Position numbers and translations under genes: made by a program. 34,062 nucleotides of DNA, taken from assembly GCA_030141605.1 (NCBI GenBank), contig JAQGDQ010002430.1, forward strand, positions 1 through 34,062, in the 5' to 3' direction. This document shows positions 1 through 8,215 of the stretch, piece by piece (position 1 is the first letter of the stretch; the number at the start of each line of letters is the position of its first letter). Below the pieces are notes generated by a model that did not search any database, was not told where the DNA came from, and saw only the letters and a program-made list of their open reading frames with translations. This DNA is from Tubiluchus corallicola (Eukaryota > Animalia > Priapulida).

Positions 1-280
1 AAATTGAACAACAATTTTTGTTATTTCTTCTAACTTTTCAAATAGTCAGAAGAATCAAGTCTTTTCGCACTAAAAATCAAAGTTTTATTTTTTAATTATT
101 TTTATTTTTCACTTTTTTTATTCATAAATAGAAAATAAAACGGACTTGTGAACGGACTACTTTTTAATAAAGCCTATGATATGATAAGCACTGTATCTTT
201 ACTCAAAAATAAAGAAAAAAACACTAACAAAAAATTAAATTCTAAAAATTTTTCAGATATTTTTTATACTGCCCCATTTA

Positions 281-769
281 GAACTTAGCAAAAATTGGGG
301 TATTGTACAACATATACGAACAAAATTTTCAAAATATAATAAGGAGATTTTTATTTGGGCAAAGACCAACCCACCACCTAACATAGTTCCTACAAAATGC
401 AGTGCAGGATTTGAGTATATCATTTGCATTTCGAAAGACAAACCTCACAGTAGAGTATTTAGCTATTGCAATTTTAACAATAGACAACGTGGTAGAGTAT
501 GCAACAACACAATAATACGTCCTACGAACAGTACAAATATATCACTACACAACTACGCTTTTGGAGAGTGGCTGCCTACCTATTTCATCAAGAACTTCAC
601 GAAGGAAGGCGATACTGTATTAGACCCCTTTATGGGCAGTGGAACAACTGCGGTAGCAGCCGTAAAAGGGAATAGAAAATTTATAGGTTATGAAATAGAT
701 AACAGATACTGTAAATTGGCTGAACGGAGGATAAACAAGGAAAAGCAAAATTTTAAAATCCCTTTATAA
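281..769 (+). pseudogene. 5'-truncated N4/N6 DNA methyltransferase (beta-class) fragment, missed by the ORF track
   Basis: The frame is open 239..769 with no start codon near its 5' end. It translates to ...EIFIWAKTNPPP...GFEYII...HNYAFGEWLPTYFIKNFTKEGDTVLDPFMGSGTTAVAAVKGNRKFIGYEID...RRI*. The SAM-binding motif DPFMGSGTT is present, but the N-terminal (D/S)PPY motif is absent. Confidence 0.85.
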
Positions 770-789
770 TTTAATTTGCTGCTTATGCT

Positions 790-2769
790 ATGTCTGCTAA
801 CATCATAAAAGAAAACGAGAAACGTAAAAAATCTTTCATTAAATATGATTACAAAATAGGTTTTAATGATGCTGAATTTACAAGATGTGTTTTCATTGGT
901 ACAGGTCGCAAAAAATTTTACTTACCGTTGGCAATGTTAAAAGATAATATTGTATGTAGTATTGTAGCCAATGGTTTTGCAAAAACTGCTAAAAATTTAA
1001 CGGTAAGTACTTCTACTCTCTACAATTTTTTTTTAAAGAAAAGGTGCAAATATGACTTTCTTTTTTGGGCGGGCTATGCCGTAAAGATACAAGATAAGGA
1101 AAGTAAGCGTGAAATACCTTTTATACTCAACAACCCACAAATTAAATTGTATAAAGTATTAGAACGTATGCGTTTGGCAAATGTACCTATACGAATAATA
1201 ATTGTAAAAGCAAGGCAATGGGGCGGCTCTACCTTAATACATTTGTATATGGATTGGCTACAATTGTTTCATCGTAAAAATTGGCACTCAGTGATAGTTA
1301 CCCAAGTAGAAGACCAAGCTAAAAATATACGGAGTATGTCCTCACGTATGGCAAGAAACTATCCTAAATTTTTGGGAACTATTACGGTTGCTCCATTTGA
1401 AAAAAGTTCTAAAAACATTGTAGTCAAAGAACGGGGATGTGTAAAAAGCATAGGTTCGGCTGAAAAACCTAATAGCCTACGCTCATTGGACAATAGTATG
1501 TTGCACGCTTCGGAGGTTGCATACTGGGGTGATACAGTTGCCAAAAGTGGACGTGATTTAATGCGAACTTTGCGTCCTACAATTCCTGATGTACCTTACT
1601 CTATGATTGTATTAGAAAGCACGGCAAATGGTGTAGGTGGGCTATTCCACGAGGAGTGGGAGGCAGCAATAAACAGTGATAATTCGGTGCAAAACGATGA
1701 AAAATACACCCCCTTGTTTGTTGGTTGGTGGGAAATTGAAATCTATCAAAGAAAAATAAAGGATGTAAAACAGTTTTTAAATACAAGATTCAAAGATAAA
1801 TATAGTCAGTACCTTTGGAAATTGGGAGCTACATTAGAAGGTATAAATTGGTATTATTATTACAAACGTAAAGAAAACTACTCTGATTTTCAAATGAAAA
1901 CAGAATACCCATCGGAAGCAAACGAGGCTTTCGTAAGCACGGGTCGGCGGGTATTTGAGGTAGAACTGGTAAGTAATATAAGAGCAACTTGTAAAAAACC
2001 TACTATGGTAGGCGATTTGTTCGGAGATGGCACATTGGGTAAAAACACACTCAACAACATACGTTTCTCGGCAAATGTTGGGGGGTGTTTGTGGATATGG
2101 ACTGTGCCTGACAATAATAAAAAATGTGGTAATAGGTATATTTTATTTGCAGATATAGGGGGTAGAACAGAGAAAGCAGACTATTCAGTAATACGTGTAT
2201 TAGATAGGTATCCTATGCTAAAAGGAGGAGTTCCTGAAATGGTTGCAACGTGGAGAGGACACATAGACTTTGATTTGTTCGCTTGGAAAGCTGCACAGTT
2301 AGCAAAATGGTATCATAATGGATTGTTGGCGATTGAAATAAACCGCTTGCACTTAGACACTAAACATAAAGAAGTGTATGAAGGCGACCACAGTTTAACC
2401 GTGATAGATACGATTGCCAACTCTTACGACAATTTGTATTATAGGGAAGAACAGGATAGAATAAAACGGAATGTTCCTTTGCGATATGGTTTTCACACAA
2501 ATAGAACTACAAAACCGCTAATGATAGATAGCCTACGCAAGGCAATGCGTGAATATGAATATGTAGAACGTGATGCAAGGGCCTGCGATGAGATTGACTA
2601 TTTTGAGTATAAAGCAAACGGCAGTATGGGGGCTAAAATGGGTTGCAAAGATGATATGGTTATAGCAACTGCGGGTGCTGTATATGTATCTTATAGCATA
2701 GAGCGACCTCGTAAGATAGTAGTAGGAAATAATAATATCAGTGCTGTAAAATCGGAGGCAAGTTTTTGA
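790..2769 (+). CDS. terL: Phage terminase large subunit
   Basis: Walker-A-like KARQWGGST, LHASEVAYW (Walker B), ESTANG coupling motif, EYPS, nuclease ADIGG..ADYS, AIEIN, GFHT, KDDMVIA. Confidence 0.93.
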   Translation: MSANIIKENEKRKKSFIKYDYKIGFNDAEFTRCVFIGTGRKKFYLPLAMLKDNIVCSIVANGFAKTAKNLTVSTSTLYNFFLKKRCKYDFLFWAGYAVKIQDKESKREIPFILNNPQIKLYKVLERMRLANVPIRIIIVKARQWGGSTLIHLYMDWLQLFHRKNWHSVIVTQVEDQAKNIRSMSSRMARNYPKFLGTITVAPFEKSSKNIVVKERGCVKSIGSAEKPNSLRSLDNSMLHASEVAYWGDTVAKSGRDLMRTLRPTIPDVPYSMIVLESTANGVGGLFHEEWEAAINSDNSVQNDEKYTPLFVGWWEIEIYQRKIKDVKQFLNTRFKDKYSQYLWKLGATLEGINWYYYYKRKENYSDFQMKTEYPSEANEAFVSTGRRVFEVELVSNIRATCKKPTMVGDLFGDGTLGKNTLNNIRFSANVGGCLWIWTVPDNNKKCGNRYILFADIGGRTEKADYSVIRVLDRYPMLKGGVPEMVATWRGHIDFDLFAWKAAQLAKWYHNGLLAIEINRLHLDTKHKEVYEGDHSLTVIDTIANSYDNLYYREEQDRIKRNVPLRYGFHTNRTTKPLMIDSLRKAMREYEYVERDARACDEIDYFEYKANGSMGAKMGCKDDMVIATAGAVYVSYSIERPRKIVVGNNNISAVKSEASF

Positions 2770-2870
2770 AATAAAAAAAAGATTAAAAAAAATTGCAAAT
2801 TTTTAAAAAAATAATTATTTTAATTGCTTACTTAGTTTTAAGTTTACCCCTCACACGGGGGTATATAGCT

Positions 2871-2899
2871 AGGGGGCTACTTAGGTAGCTCCCTTTTTT
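2871..2899 (+). terminator. Rho-independent terminator downstream of terL
   Basis: gggggctac-ttag-gtagctccc stem-loop followed by a T-run. A weaker second copy lies at 2991-3020. Confidence 0.75.
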
Positions 2900-2909
2900 G
2901 TTGAAAAAA

Positions 2910-2942
2910 TTTGTTTTTTTTAAATCAAAAGTTGTATATTTG
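2910..2942 (+). promoter_or_regulatory. Bacteroidota-type sigmaA promoter
   Basis: TTTG (2910-2913), 21-bp spacer, TATATTTG (2935-2942, matching TAnnTTTG). Confidence 0.5.
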
Positions 2943-3031
2943 ATTGTTTTTATCTTTTTAAGTTTACCCCTCACACGGGGGTATATAGTAAGGGTGCTGC
3001 TTAGGTAGCTCCCTTTTTTTGTTGAAAAATC

Positions 3032-3088
3032 AATTTATCCTATTGTCTATGAGTAGAAGAACAGTTTCACGTGAACAAAACATCAGAA
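3032..3088 (+). repeat. ~57-bp duplicate of the 5' end of gene 3596..3796 (second copy ~3579-3635)
   Basis: aatttatcctattgtctatgagtagaagaaca(g/a)tttcacgtgaacaaaacatcagaa occurs twice. The first copy opens a 42-aa chimeric ORF at 3049..3177 (MSRRTVSREQNIRIKIFDG...). Confidence 0.9.
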
Positions 3089-3218
3089 TAAAGATTTTTG
3101 ATGGTCGCTTTTGGCACTGTTCTTCTATTATGAAAATTAATAGAAAGGATGAAGGGCAAAGAAGTTTTGCATTCTAAAAATTACTATATTTGACTTTTAA
3201 AAATTGGATTAATAACCA

Positions 3219-3321
3219 TTGTCTTTGAACTGAAAACGGTCAATCTTCAAACTCACAGAGACAATAAGCATAGGTGTAGTCTGTGCTTATTCGTGAGTTA
3301 GGTATGACCGTACCTCAGTTC
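3219..3321 (+). ncRNA. Candidate structured regulatory RNA/leader
   Basis: Nested complementary blocks gaactga/tcagttc, acggtca/tgaccgt, aactcac/gtgagtt, aataagca/tgcttatt, lying downstream of TATATTTG at 3185-3192. Confidence 0.55.
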
Positions 3322-3345
3322 TGATAAGTAACGCTACACCTTATT

Positions 3346-3504
3346 ATGAACCTAAAAAAATTCTTTAAAGAAACTACCTTACTTTTAAAAACAGTATATA
3401 ATTTTGAAAAACTTAATCTTGAATGTAAACAAAAAAGAACTTTAAAAAAACTTCTTTTAAAATACCTTAAAGAAAACAGAATGAAAAACAAAAAAAGCAG
3501 ATAA
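3346..3504 (+). CDS. Small basic hypothetical protein (52 aa), below the ORF-track cutoff
   Basis: ATG 3346 to TAA 3504: MNLKKFFKETTLLLKTVYNFEKLNLECKQKRTLKKLLLKYLKENRMKNKKSR. It follows the structured leader. Confidence 0.4.
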   Translation: MNLKKFFKETTLLLKTVYNFEKLNLECKQKRTLKKLLLKYLKENRMKNKKSR

Positions 3505-3595
3505 ACTAAAAACATAGTTTACCTGCCTTTCTTCTTTTATCTCTTCTATCCTTCAATGCAAAATTAATAAAAATTTTTAATTTATCCTATTGTCT

Positions 3596-3796
3596 ATGAG
3601 TAGAAGAACAATTTCACGTGAACAAAACATCAGAAAAAAATACAAAGATATTTTTGATGATTATGTAAAGAAAAAAAAGAGGTGTAAACACTGGAAGGAA
3701 AGTGCTATTTATGAAAGTATTGGAGGAAAGTATTACGTATCGGGTGAAACGGTGAGAAAAATTATTGAAACTCAAAAAAAGATGATAAAATGCTAA
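3596..3796 (+). CDS. Small phage protein, possible Mor-like/HTH DNA-binding protein
   Basis: 66 aa, basic, with a C-terminal IYESIGGKYYVSGETVRKII HTH-like pattern. ATG 3596 is preferred over the track's TTG at 3590. Confidence 0.55.
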   Translation: MSRRTISREQNIRKKYKDIFDDYVKKKKRCKHWKESAIYESIGGKYYVSGETVRKIIETQKKMIKC

Positions 3797-3831
3797 TTAT
3801 TTTATCTTTTAATAATCATTGAAAACGCAAT

Positions 3832-3998
3832 AATCTTCTGGAATGTAGATTCTATGCATTAACAAGGGGATTTTTTTTAAAAAAAACTTATTAAATCTTC
3901 TGGAATGTAGATTCTATGCATTAACAAGGGGATTTTTTCTAAAAAAAACTTATTAAATCTTCTGAAATGTAGATTCTATGCATTAACAAGGGGATTTT
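3832..3998 (+). repeat. 62-bp tandem repeat, ~2.7 copies
   Basis: aatcttctggaatgtagattctatgcattaacaaggggattttt..aaaaaaaacttatta starts at 3832, 3894 and 3956. Confidence 0.95.
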
Positions 3999-4226
3999 CA
4001 GATAGTTTATCTGACTTATATATTTCTTAATACACTCTTTATAACTTTACTATCCAGTTCCTAAAAAGAGGAGTTGTAAATAATTGAGTATGGAACTGTA
4101 ACTCATTCAACTGAAAGGTATCGCCAAACACCTACACAGAGAACAAGCACAGTCCATTGTAAGATGTTTTAACTTTTAATATAAATTGTCTATCTTAACT
4201 GCTTTAAATTTTATCTTTAAAAAACA

Positions 4227-5855
4227 ATGGAAAAAAAAACTAATATAATAAACAAGCAAGAATTTGACGAAATAATTGATAGTGTAAGAAAAAGCCAAAT
4301 CAAAAACTTACCCAATTATAATGTAATTACTAAGCCGCTTGACTTTGAGAATTGTACTTTCAATTTCGATATAAATTTCGCTGACTATACCTTTGAAGAA
4401 GATGTAAGGTTTGAGCGTGCAGAGTTTAAAAAAAATGTTTACTTCCAAATCCCATATGCTTTTACCGAAAGACCACTTACCCCAAGACCAACTATTTTTA
4501 AAAAGCGGGCTAACTTTAACTATACAAAGTTTGGAGGAGAGGTTAACTTTGGAGAGGCAAAGTTTGAAGGATGGGCTAACTTTGTTCTTGCAAAGTTTGG
4601 AGGAGAGGCTGACTTTAACAATGCAAAGTTTGGAGGAGAGACTTACTTTAATTATGCAAAGTTTGAAGGAGAGGCTAACTTTAATGATGCAAAGTTTGGA
4701 GGAGTGGCTTACTTTTTAGCTGCAAAGTTTGGAGGATGGGCTGACTTTAACAATGCAGATTTTGAAGGATGGACTAACTTTAATTATACAAGGTTTGAAG
4801 GAGAGGCTGGCTTTAACTTGGCTGAGTTTAAAAAACAGGCTATCTTTGTCTGTGCTAAGTTTGGAAAAAAGTCTAGCTTTAATGCTGCAAGGTTTGAAGG
4901 AGTGGCTAGCTTTAATGCTGTAAATTTTGAAGGGGAGGCTGATTTTCTCTCGGCTACTTTTACGGGAGAGGCTGATTTTCTCTCGACTACTTTTAAAGGA
5001 AAGACTTCCTTTCGCTTGGCTGCTTTTACGGGGGAGGCTAACTTTAGCTTGGCTACTTTTGAAGGGCAGGCTGATTTTAATTATGCAGAGTTTGAAGCAA
5101 GGGCTAAGTTTCTCACTGTTAGCTTTAAAGAAATAGCAATATTTACAGGTGTTAATAGCAATGAGGAAGATAAGAAAGATAAGGAAGATAAAGAAATCAA
5201 AGGAGAAAAAAAAGGTGAGTTATTTTTTAAAAATACCAGTTTTATGAGTGCAGTAAGTTTTGCTGATGTTTTTTTAGAAAAACTTACATTTCGGTCAGTG
5301 TTGTTCGACAAGCAAGTAAGCTTTCCCCCTGCCTCATCTATAGAAAATCAGATTGCCAATCCCGACCGTGAGCTTTTTAGGATAGCCAAGCACGAAAAAC
5401 TAAAAATTAACGATAAGGTGGAAGCATTGGAGTATCGTGCTTTGGAAATGAAGAAATATAAAGAGGAATTGTTGGGAACACACAAAACAAAATGGAATAG
5501 AAATTATATCATTTTAAGACTCAATGAGCTTTCTAATCAACACGGTTTAAGTTGGGTGCGGGGAGTGCGGTTTACGTTTATTGTAGGGTTTATCTTTTTT
5601 GCATTGTGCTATGGGACTTTGTTTCTACAATGGTGTTTTTTTGATGGATTAACAGATTTTTTTCGTGTACCGTGGTATACTCATATCAATCGTTTTATAT
5701 TGTTTTACAATCCTATAAGAGACATTGATTTTGCTCAAATAGGTATAGAACAGATAAATCCAATTTCCTATATATCTGATTTTTTAGGTCGTATCTTCAT
5801 AGCTTACGGTATCTATCAAACTATTGCTGCATTCAGAAAATACGGAAAAAACTAA
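4227..5855 (+). CDS. Pentapeptide-like (11-aa FxGxAxFxxAK) repeat protein with C-terminal membrane domain, paralog 1
   Basis: About 19 33-bp repeat units. The C-terminus has SNQHGLSWVRGV, hydrophobic helices and IAYGIYQTIAAFRKYGKN. Confidence 0.9.
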   Translation: MEKKTNIINKQEFDEIIDSVRKSQIKNLPNYNVITKPLDFENCTFNFDINFADYTFEEDVRFERAEFKKNVYFQIPYAFTERPLTPRPTIFKKRANFNYTKFGGEVNFGEAKFEGWANFVLAKFGGEADFNNAKFGGETYFNYAKFEGEANFNDAKFGGVAYFLAAKFGGWADFNNADFEGWTNFNYTRFEGEAGFNLAEFKKQAIFVCAKFGKKSSFNAARFEGVASFNAVNFEGEADFLSATFTGEADFLSTTFKGKTSFRLAAFTGEANFSLATFEGQADFNYAEFEARAKFLTVSFKEIAIFTGVNSNEEDKKDKEDKEIKGEKKGELFFKNTSFMSAVSFADVFLEKLTFRSVLFDKQVSFPPASSIENQIANPDRELFRIAKHEKLKINDKVEALEYRALEMKKYKEELLGTHKTKWNRNYIILRLNELSNQHGLSWVRGVRFTFIVGFIFFALCYGTLFLQWCFFDGLTDFFRVPWYTHINRFILFYNPIRDIDFAQIGIEQINPISYISDFLGRIFIAYGIYQTIAAFRKYGKN

Positions 5856-5973
5856 CTATACTGCTTCAACCACTCGTCATATTTAGCTGGGTATAATAGC
5901 CGCCTCGTTGTGTCTATTCTTAATGCTTAGCACCTCCTCCTACAAGCATAGTGTTATAGGTTCTGTAAGATGT
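5852..5973 (-). repeat. Inter-cassette spacer: decayed copy of the last ~120 bp of gene 31077..31742
   Basis: The reverse complement matches 31622-31742 with a few substitutions and a 1-nt indel. It ends at TGTAAGATGT (5964-5973). Confidence 0.92.
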
Positions 5974-6033
5974 TTTAACTTTTAATATAAATTGTCTATC
6001 TTAACTGCTTTAAATTTTATCTTAAAAAAAACA

Positions 6034-7605
6034 ATGGAAAAAAAAACTACTATAATAAACGAGCAAATATTTGACAAAATAATTGATAGTGTAAGAAAAA
6101 GCCAAGACAAAACCTCGCCCGACTATAATGTAATTACTAAGCCGCTTCACTTTAATAATTGTACTTTCAATTTCGATATAAAGCTCATTGACTATACCTT
6201 TGAAAAATATGTAAGTTTTTGGGGCTGTACCTTTGAAGGAGATGTAAGGTTTGAGGGTGCAGAGTTTAAAAAAAATGCTAACTTCCAAACCATATATACT
6301 TTTACCGAAAGACCAATTACCCAAAGACCAACTATTTTTAAAAAGGGGGCTAAGTTTAACTATGCAAAGTTTGAAGGAGTGGCTAACTTTGGAGCTGCTA
6401 AGTTTGAAGGAGAGACTGGCTTTACCAGAACTAAGTTTGAAGGATGGGCTAACTTTGAAGCTGCAAAGTTTGGAGGAGTGGCTAACTTTACCAGAGCAGA
6501 GTTTGAAGGAGTGGCTGACTTTAGAGCTGCAAAGTTTGAAGGATGGACTAACTTTTACAAAGCAAAGTTTGAAGGAGAGGCTTACTTTATGAAAGCAAGA
6601 TTTAAAGGAGAGATTAACTTTAACACTACAATTTTTGGAGGAAGGGCTTACTTTATGGATGCAAGGTTTAAAGAAAAGGCTGACTTTACCAGAGCAAAGT
6701 TTGGAGGAGAGGCTGACTTTTTCAAAGCAAAGTTTGGAGGAGTGGCTGACTTTACCAGAGCAGAGTTTGAAGGAGAGGCTGACTTTAATTATGCAAAGTT
6801 TGAAGCAAGGGCTAAGTTTCTCACTGTTAGCTTTAAAGAAATAGCAATATTTGCAGGTGTTAATAGCAATGAGGAAGATAAGGAAGATAAGGAAGATAAG
6901 GAAGATAAAAAAGATAAGGAAATCAAAGGAGAAAAAAAAGGTGAGTTATTTTTTAAAAATACCAACTTTATGGGTGCAGTAAGTTTTGCCGATATTTTTT
7001 TAGAAAAACTTACATTTCGGTCAGTGTTGTTCGACAAGCAAGCAAGCTTTCCCCCTGCCTCATCTCTAAAAAATCAGATTGCCAATCCCGACCGTGAGCT
7101 TTTTAGGATAGCCAAGCACGAAAAACTAAAAATTAACGATAAGGTGGAAGCATTGGAGTATCGTGCTTTGGAGATGGAACAATATAAAAAGGAATTGTTG
7201 GGAACACACACAAAAAAACGGAATAGAATAATCATTTTATTGAATAGAATATATATCATTTTATCGAATAGAAATTATGCAATTTTAAAACTCAATGAGC
7301 TTTCCAACAATCACGGTTTAAGTTGGAGGCGGGGTGTACTTTTTACTTTGGGGGTAGCTTTGTTATTTTTTGTGTTTTATAGTTCTTCTCTTGGTTTAAA
7401 TTGGTGTTTCGAATGGCAATGTATAAGTAATACTATCAAAAACTATTTTGAGTTTCTCAATCCGTTCCGTAAAATAGACATATGGGGACAAAATGCAGAT
7501 GATATTAATATTGCTTCCTATATATCTGATTTTTTAGGTCGTATTTCCATAGCTTACGGTATCTATCAAACTATTGCTGCATTCAGAAAATACGGAAAAA
7601 ACTAA
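6034..7605 (+). CDS. Pentapeptide-like repeat membrane protein, paralog 2
   Basis: Same architecture as paralog 1. The start at ATG 6034 (MEKKTT) is chosen by homology, since the 5' leader is nearly identical. Confidence 0.9.
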   Translation: MEKKTTIINEQIFDKIIDSVRKSQDKTSPDYNVITKPLHFNNCTFNFDIKLIDYTFEKYVSFWGCTFEGDVRFEGAEFKKNANFQTIYTFTERPITQRPTIFKKGAKFNYAKFEGVANFGAAKFEGETGFTRTKFEGWANFEAAKFGGVANFTRAEFEGVADFRAAKFEGWTNFYKAKFEGEAYFMKARFKGEINFNTTIFGGRAYFMDARFKEKADFTRAKFGGEADFFKAKFGGVADFTRAEFEGEADFNYAKFEARAKFLTVSFKEIAIFAGVNSNEEDKEDKEDKEDKKDKEIKGEKKGELFFKNTNFMGAVSFADIFLEKLTFRSVLFDKQASFPPASSLKNQIANPDRELFRIAKHEKLKINDKVEALEYRALEMEQYKKELLGTHTKKRNRIIILLNRIYIILSNRNYAILKLNELSNNHGLSWRRGVLFTLGVALLFFVFYSSSLGLNWCFEWQCISNTIKNYFEFLNPFRKIDIWGQNADDINIASYISDFLGRISIAYGIYQTIAAFRKYGKN

Positions 7606-7680
7606 TTATACTGCTTCAACCACTCGTCATATTTAGCTGGGTATAATAGCCGCCTCGTTGCGTCTATTCTTAGTGCTTAG
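7602..7680 (-). repeat. Truncated third copy of the spacer
   Basis: ctaattatactgcttcaaccactcgtcat...tagtgcttag, after which homology is lost abruptly at 7680. Confidence 0.9.
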
Positions 7681-7720
7681 TTAATTATAAAGCTCTTAAT
7701 GTTGTGAATTGCTTTTAAAC

Positions 7721-8182
7721 TTATAGTAAGTCAGGGTCAATTAATACGCCTTCTTCTTTATTATTATCATTTAAAAGTTTTTCCACAACTTCCTTTCCGC
7801 CTGCATTACTTAGTGCGTTAAATACGGCAATTACACCTTTTATATCTTTCAAACTTGTAGACCCTTCAACGCTTTCCAAGTACATTTTAATTGCTTTTAA
7901 TGATTTTAGTTTTGTGGCTATAAACTCATTGAAAAACGCATCTAACTTACCTAAATTTTCATCCTTTATATTTTTTAAGTCCAGTATCTCCAATTTATTA
8001 GGTTTACTGTTTTTTTCTATTTCTTTTTTTACTTGCTTTTTATAATAATATATAGTAGCTCTTGTTACATTGTATTGGTTTGATATATCATTGCAAGGTA
8101 CATCCTCGTTGGCAATTAAAGAGTTCTTAATTCTATTTTTTATTGCCTCAACTTGCTCACTTGTAAGTTTACTCGTTTTCAT
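7721..8182 (-). CDS. HTH-containing phage protein, possible terminase small subunit
   Basis: N-terminal HTH-like segment (DISNQYNVTRATIYYYKK), helical body, located directly downstream of the portal gene. Confidence 0.45.
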   Translation of the reverse strand: MKTSKLTSEQVEAIKNRIKNSLIANEDVPCNDISNQYNVTRATIYYYKKQVKKEIEKNSKPNKLEILDLKNIKDENLGKLDAFFNEFIATKLKSLKAIKMYLESVEGSTSLKDIKGVIAVFNALSNAGGKEVVEKLLNDNNKEEGVLIDPDLL

Positions 8183-8215
8183 CTACTATAAAATAATAAG
8201 TTATTATTCTTGCTC

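Larger units (their letters stand above)
2836..3029 (+). repeat. Two ~73-bp direct repeats (2836-2908, 2956-3029), each with a small hairpin and an intrinsic-terminator hairpin
   Basis: ttttaagtttacccctcacacgggggtatatag..aggg(g/t)gct(a/g)cttaggtagctcccttttt..gttgaaaaa is repeated with a period of 120 bp. Confidence 0.9.

Noticed and set aside
253-441. 62-aa minus-strand ORF
   Set aside because: It is antisense to the recognisable methyltransferase remnant.
3832-3998. CRISPR array
   Set aside because: The intervening sequences are nearly identical (no unique spacers) and there are no cas genes.
4411-5136. Alternate-frame ORFs MQSLEERLTL... (also 6251-6844 and 32854-33105)
   Set aside because: These are shadow frames produced by the 33-bp repeat. 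They are interrupted by stops at different places in each paralog.
5852-5973. Spacer as an integron attC site (TAAC at the stop codon, TAAC..TGCTT / AAGCA..GTTA imperfect ends)
   Set aside because: It lacks the GTTRRRY/RYYYAAC consensus and an extended hairpin, no integrase is in the window, and the junction is at TGTAAGATGT rather than G/TT. The sequence is explained as the coding end of gene 31077..31742.
4227-7605. Qnr/MfpA quinolone-resistance genes
   Set aside because: The 11-residue period, >500-aa length and C-terminal membrane domain differ from the ~200-aa soluble Qnr/MfpA proteins.
762-7692. Inversion of the terL block via the inverted 10-mer ctttataatt (762-771 / 7683-7692)
   Set aside because: An AT-rich 10-mer is likely by chance, and the reconstructed junction does not explain the truncated spacer.
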